NCBI GenBank assembly: GCA_028287785.1
Contig: JAQBOZ010000017.1
Coordinates: 72,225 to 136,224 of the forward strand
Length of the DNA: 64,000 nt
Origin: Chlorobiota bacterium
Lineage (GTDB): Bacteria > Bacteroidota > Ignavibacteria > OLB7
Direction: 5' to 3'
Shown: piece by piece, positions 43,493 through 53,206 of the stretch
Layout of the letters: each line of letters opens with the position of its first letter
How positions within the stretch are numbered: position 1 is the stretch's first letter
The notes under the pieces: generated by a model
What the model saw: the letters and a program-made list of their open reading frames with translations, nothing else
Databases searched by the model: none
What the model was told of the DNA's origin: nothing
Program-made: the position numbers and the translations under genes

Positions 43493-43534
43493 TCCGGCGT
43501 CCCGACGGGAGATCACAACAAGCTGGAGATTGCG

Positions 43535-44929
43535 ATGAGCGATCGTGATGGAAGCCTTCAACTGACGGGGACGATGTCCGGCGATACCGGCGGGATGGGA
43601 AAGGCCGGTATCGCGGCGGTGGCGGCCGGGCTGCTGGTGATGCTGGGCGCGGCCTGCGGCGGCGGGATATCCCCCATGCTCTTTATGCTGGCGGGGCCGG
43701 GGCTGATCGTGGCCGGGGCGCTGGCCTATATCCTTCCACATCACCTCCGGCGCTCCGCATCGGCGCAGAACAACGGCGTGATGTTCTCCGGCGCAACCAC
43801 GCGCGGCGCGATTGCATGGGGGCTGGGGGTGGCGATCACCGGCTTCTACGTGCTCCTCTACTGGTGGCCCCAGACGCTGGCGGGGCTGATCCGCATGTTC
43901 GATCCGCTGAGCATGCGTCTCCGCGGCATCCCGGCCGATCACTGGTTCATGTACGGGGCGTTCTATACCCTCGCCGTGCTGGTGATGGGAGCGCGGGCGC
44001 TGCTGAAATACCGTCATAACCGCTACCAGATCATCCGCACCCTTTCGGTCATCTTCTTCCAGCTCGTCTTCGCGTTTCTGATCCCGGCCACGCTTCAGCT
44101 CTTCAAGCAGCCGGAATTCTACTTCACCTACTTCTGGCCGCTGAAGCCCTACTACCTTTTCCCCGACGGCGTGAAGTCGCTGGAGATGGCCGGAGGGCTT
44201 GGCCCGTTCATGATCCGCTGGGCGGTGATGATGACGTTCGTTGCAACCCCCGTGCTGACCTATTTCTTCGGCAAGCGGTGGTACTGTTCGTGGGTTTGCG
44301 GGTGCGGCGGGCTGGCGGAGACCGCGGGCGATCCCTACCGGCAACTGGCGAGCACATCGTTGAGGTCGTGGAAGATCGAGCGATGGATGATCTACTCCGT
44401 GCTGCTGTTCATTACCATTACCACGGCGCTCCTCTGGATCAACTCCGCGGCGCAGGGAGCCCTGCTCGGGGGGGCTTCGCGCGGGTTCGCGGATGTCTAC
44501 GGCTTTCTGATCGGCGGGATCTTCTCCGGCGTGGTCGGCGTCGGCTTCTATCCGATCATGGGGGCGCGCGTCTGGTGCCGTTTCGGCTGCCCGATGGCGG
44601 CTGTGCTGGGGATCATCCAGAAATACTATTCGCGGTTCAGGATCACCACCAACGGCGGGCAGTGCATCTCCTGCGGAAACTGCTCCACGTACTGCGAGAT
44701 GGGGATCGATGTGCGATGGTACGCGCAACGGGGGGAGAACATCATCAGAGCCTCCTGCGTGGGGTGCGGGGTCTGCGCCAACGTCTGCCCGCGCGGCGTG
44801 CTGTCGCTGGAGAATGGCCCGATGGAGGGGCGGTACAACGGAGCGCAGTTCGTCGGCACGGCGGAGGTGATCATCCCGGCGCTGAACGGGGAGCCGGAAC
44901 GGACACGGCAGTTGAGGTATATCGATTGA
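43535..44929 (+). CDS. Membrane 4Fe-4S binding protein (NapH/RdxA-like polyferredoxin)
   Basis: TM helices, WYCSWVC, WCRFGCP, CISCGNCSTYC and CVGCGVCANVCP. Confidence 0.88.
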   Translation: MSDRDGSLQLTGTMSGDTGGMGKAGIAAVAAGLLVMLGAACGGGISPMLFMLAGPGLIVAGALAYILPHHLRRSASAQNNGVMFSGATTRGAIAWGLGVAITGFYVLLYWWPQTLAGLIRMFDPLSMRLRGIPADHWFMYGAFYTLAVLVMGARALLKYRHNRYQIIRTLSVIFFQLVFAFLIPATLQLFKQPEFYFTYFWPLKPYYLFPDGVKSLEMAGGLGPFMIRWAVMMTFVATPVLTYFFGKRWYCSWVCGCGGLAETAGDPYRQLASTSLRSWKIERWMIYSVLLFITITTALLWINSAAQGALLGGASRGFADVYGFLIGGIFSGVVGVGFYPIMGARVWCRFGCPMAAVLGIIQKYYSRFRITTNGGQCISCGNCSTYCEMGIDVRWYAQRGENIIRASCVGCGVCANVCPRGVLSLENGPMEGRYNGAQFVGTAEVIIPALNGEPERTRQLRYID

Positions 44930-44988
44930 TATCGCGATCCTCCCCCGGAAGCCTTCCCCCGCGGGGCTTCGCGGGGAGCGAAGGCAAG

Positions 44989-45267
44989 TCAGCCACGCCG
45001 GGCAAGGCTCCGTCTGCGAACCAGAAACTGCGTTATGGAAACGACCAGGCCGATCAGAAGAATGATCCCCCCGATGCGATAGATCGTGGAGGTAATCCCG
45101 GATGTGATGGCGAAATCCAGTTCATATGCGTGCTGGAGCGCCGGCGGAGGGTCCTGATAGGGGATGTTGACGGAGAGAAGGTCGTAAAGAAATCCTATGC
45201 CCAGCATCAACAGGCCGGTGATCGCTATCAGCTTGCCGGCCGCCTTTCCGAATCGTGCCATCTTCAT
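44989..45267 (-). CDS. Small two-TM hypothetical protein
   Basis: GAGGGAGG RBS before the ATG; two hydrophobic helices around IPYQDP. Confidence 0.65.
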   Translation of the reverse strand: MKMARFGKAAGKLIAITGLLMLGIGFLYDLLSVNIPYQDPPPALQHAYELDFAITSGITSTIYRIGGIILLIGLVVSITQFLVRRRSLARRG

Positions 45268-45320
45268 TGCTGCCTCCCTCAACGATTATCAGGTGTGGAA
45301 ATCCATTCCCGCGCGATGTA

Positions 45321-45776
45321 TCACCCGTTGCCGATCCGATCCCCACGCAGTTCATCGCGAACCCGCATCAGGATCCGGCCAAGCATGTTCCTGCCGCTGC
45401 CGTCGCCGCCATCGCCCCAGTAGCTGTCCCTCTTCGTATGCTCGATGATCTCCGCGTCGCCGGTATCGAGGAGCGTGGCTGCCAGCTCCGGGTGCTGGCG
45501 GAACTTCGTTCTGACGGCGACGAGCATCACCTCATCCCTGACCGCCTCCCAGTCCGGGCGGAGCGGACGTTTCCTGTCGCGCCCCTTCCTGGCGGCGATC
45601 ATGGGCGAGGGGGTAAGGCGGATCTCCTCATCGTGCCCGGTGCCGGGAAATTTGCTCCCCTGGAAGTAATGTTCGCTCGTCGGCCAGACCTTTCCATCGA
45701 TTTCGATGGGATAGGCGGCGAAGTTGGAGAAGCATCCGTGAGCGTCCTTTGTGCCGTAGAATCGTATAGTGCTCAT
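45321..45776 (-). CDS. NADAR (YbiA) family protein
   Basis: FSNF, WPTSEHYFQ, LRPDWE, KFRQH, DSYWGDGGDGSGRNMLGRILM. Confidence 0.93.
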   Translation of the reverse strand: MSTIRFYGTKDAHGCFSNFAAYPIEIDGKVWPTSEHYFQGSKFPGTGHDEEIRLTPSPMIAARKGRDRKRPLRPDWEAVRDEVMLVAVRTKFRQHPELAATLLDTGDAEIIEHTKRDSYWGDGGDGSGRNMLGRILMRVRDELRGDRIGNG

Positions 45777-45971
45777 AGCGGTTTACGGGTTGGTCCTGAA
45801 CGATATTCCGTTCGCCCGCGCCGGCCTGTCGGGGGGGGGATGCCGGGCAATCGAGAGGAACCTTCAATCTACCAAATTCGCCCGAACAGGCCGCGCGTTC
45901 CGGTACATCCTGCAACGTCCCTTCCGCTTGTGCGGAGCCATCGCTTCGCTATCTTTGCTCTCTGCATCCGA

Positions 45972-46176
45972 TCGTCAGGTGTCCTGGGAGAAGCCAGGAA
46001 GAATAGGGAATGCCGTGCGCCCGCAAGGGCTAATCGGCAGCGGTTGCGCCGCTGTAACGGGCGACGACCTCTCCAACTGAGCGCTCAACAACCGAGTGCC
46101 GGGCCACTGTGAGCTGCTGCTCACGGGAAGGCCGGAGAGTTCGAATGACCCCGAAGCCAGAAGACCTGCCTGATGA
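45972..46176 (+). ncRNA. Cobalamin (AdoCbl) riboswitch
   Basis: AGGT...AATAGGGAA...CCGCTGTAA...GCCACTG...GGGAAGGC...AGCCAGAAGACCTGCC B12 box; TATCTTTG box at 45950-45957; upstream of a btuB operon. Confidence 0.93.
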
Positions 46177-46355
46177 TCCTCATCCACGATCCCATTGGGA
46201 TCAGCTTTCCCGCCAAGGAAAGTGATGAGGAGATGGTCTACACTCCGTTTCGGGGAGAGGCGCCGCGCCTCCCGTTCCCGCCACTGTAGCATCATTTCCC
46301 GTCGTCCATCGTTACCGCTCCCGACCTGGCATCGGAGGGCATCGGCGTTCGTGAA

Positions 46356-48650
46356 ATGAATCTTCGCTTTCTGCTTCCACTCGTCCTTTTCCTGGGAGGG
46401 CTTTCCATTGCCCAGGGACAATTCCATCACATCCAGACGGACAAATCTCCGTCGTTTATTTTCAATGATCCGGTCAAGGGGCACATTCATGTGATCACCC
46501 TGGGGGTGGACGCCAACTTCGACGGCGTTTTCCAGCCCGGCTCCGACGTGGCTCCGCGCTGGTTTGTGCTGGATGCCGCTACCGAGGAGGAGGTGGGCTC
46601 CACCACATTCACGGGGTTCTTCAACTCCTTTCCGCTTCGCGCCGGCGTTGATCTGAAGGGACGCCGGCTCTACGTGCCGCAGCTCGGCCGCGTCCGCGCG
46701 TTCGATATCGACGATCTGGGGATCGTCCAGGATTCCGTCTCCACGACGAATGCCTCCACCGTCATGTTCGATTCCCTGACGGGATATATCACCCTCTCCT
46801 TCCGCCCCGGATTTACCGTTCCGGGATGGACCGAGACGATCGACCCGCGCACCGGGAAGCGTATCTCGATGATGAACACCGGCGTCAATCCCGGCATGGC
46901 CGTGCCGAAGGGGGCTGAAACGTATACCATCACCGAGGGGGGGCCGGGCATTCCCTCGACGGTCGCCTACAGCCGCTACCGGGCAAGCCTCTACGCCGGG
47001 GCGCTCGGCGGCAACGGGAATCATATGGTCGTGCGCGGAACCGCCGCCTATCTCGTGATGAGCGCCACCAACCAGATTCGGATCATCGACACCAGAACGG
47101 GGAGGGATACCCTCTCTTCGCCGATCGCTGTTGGCACGGCCGGATTCGGGAGCCCCCGCATGCTCGACGTTCAGGGGGACAGCGTGCTGGTGGTGGCGAC
47201 ATATGCCAGGGATATCCGACGATTCAGAATCGCGACCGGGGCGATGATCGACAAGATCGCGCTCCCCGGCGCCGCGGAGGCCGTTGCCGTGCGCGACTCG
47301 CTGGCATACGTGGCGATTCCGCTCGATTCCGCCCGCCATACCGATTCCCTGGTGGTGGTGGTGAACCTGAACAGCGGCCGGCCGGTCGATACGCTCGCCG
47401 TGGGGCCGAACCCGCTCGGGCTCTTTATCGATCGCCTCGGAAATCTTCAGGTGGTTGTGGCCGATACCATCCCCGGCGCCGGCCGGCTGGTGAGCTACGA
47501 GCGCGGAACGCTTCTCAAGAAGGGGGAGCGCCCGCTCCACGGCGCGATCAGCAACCCGCTGCATATGGCCTACGATAATTCCGACGACTCGCTCTTTATC
47601 GTCCTTTCCGATACTCTCTTCGCGTTCGCGGTTTCCGGCTCCGGCTCGCCGTTGCGCGCCGCCTATACCGATACGCTCGCCAGGGGGGCTCTCTTCGGCG
47701 TCAGCGGCGCGGGCGATTATCTCCTGATCACCGAACGCCCGAAGAACCCAGGGGAGGATTCATCCTATGTCCACATCGTGAGCCGGAAGAGCGGAGGGGA
47801 GGTGGCGAAATTCATGGCGGGTTACCTGGTGATGATGGCGCTGCCGGTGGTTTCCGGTCGCGGCGACCATGCGATGAGCTTCTACGCTCTCAACCAGGGA
47901 GGGTTTGCGGCGACTGCATCCACCCTGACCTCCTTCGAGTTCCAGCCCGATATCCTCGGCCCCGATACGCTGGGAAGCGGCGCGAACCATATAACGTTGG
48001 AGGGACTGAGCGCCGATAACGACAAGGCCCTGGTGACGATGAACGGGAACCACAGCGTTGTCCGGCTGGACCTCGATACCTGGACGGTGATGCGCCGCAC
48101 GTCGACGAAGACGACCGGGTTCGATGGCCCGCGCGAGACGATGGCGCTCTCCCCGTCGACGTTGCTCGTGAGCACCTACGCCGGCGATGTGCGCCGGATC
48201 ACGGTGAGCGATAACTCCGTCCGGGTGATCCCGGTCTATGGAAAGGCGGAGGGGATGGCGCGCGCCGGAAGCAAAGTCTACGTGGCCCTGCCGTTCGCTC
48301 CCGATGCCACCTACACGCCCTCCGCAAGCGTCGCGGTGATCGATACCGCCGCGATTGCATCGGTACGTCGTGATGATGCGATCGCATCCGCCACGACGCT
48401 GGAGCAGAACTATCCGAACCCCGTATCGTCCGGCACCGAGATCCGTTTCTCGGTCGCCGTGGCCGGCAGAGTGACCCTTGCCCTCTACAGGCCGGATGGC
48501 GCCCTTGCCGGCACGATCGTCGACAGGGAGATGGAGCCGGGAAGCTATACCGCGCGGATGGACGTGGCCGGGCTTGCCAGCGGATCATACATCTACACGC
48601 TTCGCTCCGGAGGAACGCTTCTGAGCAGAGTGATGAAGGTCGTGCGATAA
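46356..48650 (+). CDS. Tandem YncE/BtuG-like beta-propeller protein with T9SS C-terminal domain
   Basis: SPI signal (AQG-Q, no Cys); internal duplication (LGGNGNH/LGSGANH, GFGSPR/GFDGPR, ATYARD/STYAGD); LEQNYPNP...LASGSYIY...KVVR tail. Confidence 0.75.
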   Translation: MNLRFLLPLVLFLGGLSIAQGQFHHIQTDKSPSFIFNDPVKGHIHVITLGVDANFDGVFQPGSDVAPRWFVLDAATEEEVGSTTFTGFFNSFPLRAGVDLKGRRLYVPQLGRVRAFDIDDLGIVQDSVSTTNASTVMFDSLTGYITLSFRPGFTVPGWTETIDPRTGKRISMMNTGVNPGMAVPKGAETYTITEGGPGIPSTVAYSRYRASLYAGALGGNGNHMVVRGTAAYLVMSATNQIRIIDTRTGRDTLSSPIAVGTAGFGSPRMLDVQGDSVLVVATYARDIRRFRIATGAMIDKIALPGAAEAVAVRDSLAYVAIPLDSARHTDSLVVVVNLNSGRPVDTLAVGPNPLGLFIDRLGNLQVVVADTIPGAGRLVSYERGTLLKKGERPLHGAISNPLHMAYDNSDDSLFIVLSDTLFAFAVSGSGSPLRAAYTDTLARGALFGVSGAGDYLLITERPKNPGEDSSYVHIVSRKSGGEVAKFMAGYLVMMALPVVSGRGDHAMSFYALNQGGFAATASTLTSFEFQPDILGPDTLGSGANHITLEGLSADNDKALVTMNGNHSVVRLDLDTWTVMRRTSTKTTGFDGPRETMALSPSTLLVSTYAGDVRRITVSDNSVRVIPVYGKAEGMARAGSKVYVALPFAPDATYTPSASVAVIDTAAIASVRRDDAIASATTLEQNYPNPVSSGTEIRFSVAVAGRVTLALYRPDGALAGTIVDREMEPGSYTARMDVAGLASGSYIYTLRSGGTLLSRVMKVVR

Positions 48651-49633
48651 TGCGATCATCATCATACCGCCGGCCGGGAGCCATCCCCGGCCGGTTGCGC
48701 CGGCTTGCCGCCGCCGCGCTGCTCTTCCTGGCAATCGCGTCGCCGGGCCACGCCCAGTGGGAGAACACCGGCGCCGATGCCGTGGAATCCTTCACCCCCG
48801 GAACCGGGGCGGGGCTTGGCTCCGATCACTATCCCGAGAATGTCCTCGGCCTTCCCGACTCGGCCGCCCGAGCCGATATCCCCACGATCGATCCCGTTCA
48901 GATCCTGTCGCTCGGGCTCGGCGGCGAAATCGTCCTCCGGTTCGATCGCGCGCCGATCACCGATATCCCCGGCCCCGACTTCACGGTGTTCGAAAACGCG
49001 TTCACCTATATCATCGGTGGAAAGGAGAAGACCTATGCCGAGCCGGGCGAGGTTGCGGTAAGCCGGGACGGCGTTCACTTTCTGACATTTCCGTACGACT
49101 CCATCACCCTCCGCGGGTGCGCCGGCGTTGGCCCCACCAACGGCGGGAACGATCCCGGCGATCCGCTTGTCTCCGGCGGCAACAGCTTCGATCTTCACGA
49201 TCTCGGGGTCGACTCGGTTCGATGGGTTCGCATCCGCGATGTGACCTCGATCGTCAAGGATCATCCCTCGCATCCCTTCTGGGACCCCACGCTGACCGGG
49301 TTCGATCTTGATGCCGTTGTGCGCGCCACGAAATCCCATCCGGGCGGCATCGCCACGGCTCCCACGGGCGCGCACGCTTCGGCGGTGCTTTCGCCCAACC
49401 CGGTTGCCGGACAGGGGGTGCTCCGGGTTGATGCTCCCATATCGGGAGACCTCACGGCGCGGGTGACCGATCTTCTCGGAAGAGAGGTGATGACAATCTC
49501 CGGCGGCGCTATCGACCGAGGCCGGAACGTGCTTCCGTTCGATGCCTCCCGGCTGGCCGATGGCGTCTACTTCATAGCCGTGGCGATCGATGGACATCCC
49601 GTGACGATGCTCAGGGCCCAGGTATGTAGATGA
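48650..49633 (+). CDS. BtuH-like cell-surface domain protein with T9SS C-terminal domain
   Basis: SLGLGGEIVLRFD, GPDFTVFENAF, AEPGEVAVS, FDL, GFDLDAV; SPNP...DLLGREV...LADGVYF tail. Confidence 0.65.
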   Translation: MRSSSYRRPGAIPGRLRRLAAAALLFLAIASPGHAQWENTGADAVESFTPGTGAGLGSDHYPENVLGLPDSAARADIPTIDPVQILSLGLGGEIVLRFDRAPITDIPGPDFTVFENAFTYIIGGKEKTYAEPGEVAVSRDGVHFLTFPYDSITLRGCAGVGPTNGGNDPGDPLVSGGNSFDLHDLGVDSVRWVRIRDVTSIVKDHPSHPFWDPTLTGFDLDAVVRATKSHPGGIATAPTGAHASAVLSPNPVAGQGVLRVDAPISGDLTARVTDLLGREVMTISGGAIDRGRNVLPFDASRLADGVYFIAVAIDGHPVTMLRAQVCR

Positions 49634-51618
49634 GAGCCCTTGCCCTCCATATCTCCCTGCTCGTGCTTTCCGGGGCATGCGCGGCGGCCCAGCCCGGAAC
49701 CCCGGAGCCGGGGAAGGGAAAGGATTCCGCGAGAGTCTACCACGCTCCTGAAGTGCGCGTGGAGGCACGGTCGATACTGACGCGGGTATCGCGGGGAACG
49801 CAGCCGCGCGCGGTTGTGACCAGGGCGCAGATCGAGGCGGCAAACGGCTTCGACCTTTCCGATGCCGTTGCGTACGCGCCGGGGGTGTTCGTGAAGCAGT
49901 ATGGCGGCGTCGGCGGGCTGCGGACGATATCGCTGCGCGGCACATCGGCGCAGCAGACGGTGATCCTGATCGATGGGATCCGGTACCGGAGCAGCGCGGA
50001 CGGGGGGTTCGATTTCAGCAATCTTCCCTCGGCATCGGTCGATCAGGTGGAGGTGCTCCGCGGCGGCAACGCGGCGCTCTACGGCGCCAATGCACTCGGC
50101 GGCGTGATCAACGTGGTGACGCGAGCGCCATCGGCCGGCGGGACGGCGCTTACGGCGCGAGGGGGATATGGCTCGTATGGTCAGCGGGAGATGGGCATCG
50201 GGGGGAACGGCGCGGCGGGAAACCATGTGTGGGATGCCGGTTTCAACGCCACCGCCACAAACGGCAACTATCCGTTCAGCTTCAATGAGTTCGGTGCCAC
50301 CTCGACCTTCGAGCGGGATAATGCGGACTTCTCCAACTATTTCGGCCGTGGAGGCTGGGCATATCATCGCGATGATGGCCTGCGGCTTTCGGCCTCGATG
50401 CAGGGCTATCGATCCGAACGTGGCGTCCCCGGCGCGGTGGTGCAGGGAAACCGCGAACAGCTCCATGCGCGCCTGAATGAGAGCGATCTGTTTGCCGCCG
50501 CCGCCGCTTCCTGGCCCACGGAGGAGTGGCAGTTCTCCATCTCGGCGAGCGGTCGCCTGAACGCCCTGGGCTACCGCGATCCCGACGCGCGCGTTGCCGG
50601 CCCGTCCGGCATCGACGACGAGTATCGGGAGAGGGAGGGGAACTTCATGGGGAGGGTGAGGCGGGCAATCGGTGACCATGGCGTTGCGGAGGGGACGGCG
50701 GAGGTTTCTCAGACGCATCTTCGCGGCGACAATCTGGACCCGGCGCTGGGCTCCGCCGCATCGCGGACTTCGGTGAGCGGCGCGATCGCAACAAACTGGC
50801 TTTATGACGATGGTCTGTTCGGCTGCGAAACCGCCCTCGAAGCCGGCCTTCGTCTCGATCTCTTCGATGATCTTCCCACCGCGCTGAGCCCATCGGCCGG
50901 GTTGATCTGGCGCGCCGGCTCCACCCCGCTCCGGCTGCGGGCGCATGGTGGGCTGAACTACAGGGCGCCGAGCTTCGCCGAGCAATACTATCTCAACTAC
51001 GGCAACGCGAACCTGCGGCCCGAGCGTTCCATGAGCGGCGACCTTGGGGCTACCTACGAGGTGGGGGAGACGTTCGCCCTGGAATCGAGCTTCTTCATGA
51101 TCGCCACGCGCGATCAGATCGTCTCGGTGCCGCGCAGCCCCGTAAGCTGGAGCGCGGCAAACGTCGAGCGGGTTCTTTCGCGCGGCCTGGAGCTGGGGGG
51201 ATCGGGGACGCTGTTCGATGGGATGCTTGGGCTTCGGGCCTCCTACACGCTGACACGGGCCGAGGACAGGAGCGGGGGAACGGTGGATGGAAAGCTGCTG
51301 GTGTATGCGCCCGAGGAGTTGACCAACGGCATCGTGGATCTGCGGCTGGGTCGTTACGGCATCGGAGCGGCGTGGCAGTACGTCGGTCATCGCTTCACGC
51401 TCCCCGCGAACGATCCCGGTTCCGCGCTGCCACGTTACGGCCTGCTTGCCGCAAATATCTCCGCGCGCTGGATCATTGGCGGCGTGGGGGTGAAGGCGCG
51501 CCTGGAATGCTCGAACATGTTCGATACGGAATATCAGGTGGTGAGGAATTATCCCATGCCGGGGAGAACGTTTCTCGGAAGGGTCGAGATCGATTTTCAT
51601 GATGGGCCGCAACCATGA
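49630..51618 (+). CDS. btuB: TonB-dependent vitamin B12 receptor
   Basis: Plug motifs ISLRG...ILIDG and VEVLRGGNAALYGANALGGVINV; barrel NLRPERS, YPMPGRTF; under the B12 riboswitch. Confidence 0.85.
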   Translation: MRALALHISLLVLSGACAAAQPGTPEPGKGKDSARVYHAPEVRVEARSILTRVSRGTQPRAVVTRAQIEAANGFDLSDAVAYAPGVFVKQYGGVGGLRTISLRGTSAQQTVILIDGIRYRSSADGGFDFSNLPSASVDQVEVLRGGNAALYGANALGGVINVVTRAPSAGGTALTARGGYGSYGQREMGIGGNGAAGNHVWDAGFNATATNGNYPFSFNEFGATSTFERDNADFSNYFGRGGWAYHRDDGLRLSASMQGYRSERGVPGAVVQGNREQLHARLNESDLFAAAAASWPTEEWQFSISASGRLNALGYRDPDARVAGPSGIDDEYREREGNFMGRVRRAIGDHGVAEGTAEVSQTHLRGDNLDPALGSAASRTSVSGAIATNWLYDDGLFGCETALEAGLRLDLFDDLPTALSPSAGLIWRAGSTPLRLRAHGGLNYRAPSFAEQYYLNYGNANLRPERSMSGDLGATYEVGETFALESSFFMIATRDQIVSVPRSPVSWSAANVERVLSRGLELGGSGTLFDGMLGLRASYTLTRAEDRSGGTVDGKLLVYAPEELTNGIVDLRLGRYGIGAAWQYVGHRFTLPANDPGSALPRYGLLAANISARWIIGGVGVKARLECSNMFDTEYQVVRNYPMPGRTFLGRVEIDFHDGPQP

Positions 51619-52745
51619 GCGCGATTGCGCGGGATATCCATATGCCGATAAGAAAATGCGTAGCCACGCGGCTTTGCGGGGCGATCGTGCCATCCGCTCT
51701 GCTTGCGTTGGTGCTTCTGCTGGCCGGCTGCATATCCGATCCCACACTCACATCTCCTCCGGTGGTGAGCGCCGGAGCGCATGGGGTGCTGGTGGTGAAC
51801 GAGGGGGTATGGAAGCAGGATAATTCCACGCTCACCTTCTACAACCCCGATAGCGGCGGGCCGGTTCAGGACTATTTCGCGGCGCGCAATCCCGGCCTGC
51901 GTCTGGGGGATCTCGGCAACAGCATCGTTACCTGGAAGGGACGGGGATATATCGCCGTCTCCACGTCGCGGGCGGTGGAGGTGATCGATCTGGCGACCGG
52001 GCATTCCCTGGGGCGCGTCCGTCTGAACGCCCCGAACGAGCCGCGCATGATCGCGATCATCGACAGCGCGACCGCGTTTGTCACAACCTTTGCCGATTCG
52101 GTGATCCGTTTCAACCCGATGACGCTGGCAACGACGGGATCGTTCGCCGTGGGGCCGGCCCCGGAGGGGATCGCGTATGCCGCCGGCCATCTTTTTGTGG
52201 CGAACTCCGGGCTCGGCAATCTGCGGCGCACCGAACCAGGGGCGGGGACGATCTCGGTGCTCGATCCGGCAAGCGGCGCGGAGCTGGCGATGCTTCCCAC
52301 CGGCACCAACCCGCTGAGCGTTCATTATCTGCCATCGCGGGGGCGCGTCTACGTGCTGGCCCGTCCCATTCTCCCCGATACGCTCGGCGCCGTGGTGGAA
52401 TACGATCCGGCCTCGTTGCGCGAGGTTCGTCGCTGGCCGGTGGCCGGTGGCTACGACATGGCTGTCGATGACGGGCGCGGGATCATCTATGTGATGCATG
52501 GGGAGGGCGTGGCGCGGATCGATCCATCGGTTGCGGGGGATAATGTGAGGGGGCTGGTGCAACTGGGCGAGGCGGGGGCGATGTTCTATTCGATCGGGGT
52601 GGAGCCGGTAAGCGGCGATATCTATCTGGGGACCACGAACGGGTACTCAAGCGTGCCGGCGGCGGTGATGATATACGACCGCGCTGGCGCGTTCAAATCC
52701 CGTTTTCCCTGCGGCATCTATCCCGGCGATTTCGCGTTCTATTGA
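51615..52745 (+). CDS. BtuG-like YncE/DUF5074 beta-propeller lipoprotein
   Basis: Lipobox LLAGC; VVNEG...NSTLTFY, F...N..L.LGDLGN, C-terminal GIYPGDFAFY. Confidence 0.82.
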   Translation: MSAIARDIHMPIRKCVATRLCGAIVPSALLALVLLLAGCISDPTLTSPPVVSAGAHGVLVVNEGVWKQDNSTLTFYNPDSGGPVQDYFAARNPGLRLGDLGNSIVTWKGRGYIAVSTSRAVEVIDLATGHSLGRVRLNAPNEPRMIAIIDSATAFVTTFADSVIRFNPMTLATTGSFAVGPAPEGIAYAAGHLFVANSGLGNLRRTEPGAGTISVLDPASGAELAMLPTGTNPLSVHYLPSRGRVYVLARPILPDTLGAVVEYDPASLREVRRWPVAGGYDMAVDDGRGIIYVMHGEGVARIDPSVAGDNVRGLVQLGEAGAMFYSIGVEPVSGDIYLGTTNGYSSVPAAVMIYDRAGAFKSRFPCGIYPGDFAFY

Positions 52746-52765
52746 GCGCCTGTCGTCGAAACGAA

Positions 52766-52797
52766 AACGGGCGTTCCGATGATTCGGGACGCCCGTT
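52766..52797. terminator. Terminator at the end of the btu operon / convergent gene
   Basis: AACGGGCGTTCCGA...TCGGGACGCCCGTT. Confidence 0.7.
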
Positions 52798-52861
52798 GCT
52801 GTTTACTATCGATGGGGTGCGTTAGCGTTGTTCCATTGCCGGTTGGCGGAAGGGGTCTCCG

Positions 52862-53206
52862 TCAGGAGGCCTTCGGGGCCATCTGGTAGACGATCTTGCG
52901 GATCGTATCGAACTGAAGATACGGGTGCATCTGCTGAAGCTTATCGATGGCATCACCGGCGGACATCTTCTCACGCATTTCCCTGTAGGACTTGCGGATC
53001 TGATAATCGCGAAGGGATTTCTGATCGATCAATCGATGCTGCTGGAGGAGCGAGAATGTTGAATCGTCAATCAGATCCGCCAGGGGATTCAGCCGGACTT
53101 CGGTCTGCATCTGAACGCTGAACCCATCATTGGCGACGATCTCTTCGGGTGCGGTGACGGCTGCCTTTGCGAGGCGAATCCTGGAGCGTACGGTTGTCGC
53201 GGGCAT
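52862..53206 (-). CDS. Small hypothetical protein, possible Mor-like C-terminal HTH
   Basis: AGGAG RBS; RDYQIRKSY...DAIDKL...YLQFDTIRKIVY; TAGCTTTG box at 53338-53331. Confidence 0.7.
   Translation of the reverse strand: MPATTVRSRIRLAKAAVTAPEEIVANDGFSVQMQTEVRLNPLADLIDDSTFSLLQQHRLIDQKSLRDYQIRKSYREMREKMSAGDAIDKLQQMHPYLQFDTIRKIVYQMAPKAS

Noticed and set aside
45321..45776. NADAR as a DarT antitoxin or defence gene
   Set aside because: No ADP-ribosyltransferase neighbour; the adjacent gene is a small membrane protein, so a stand-alone YbiA-type role is more likely
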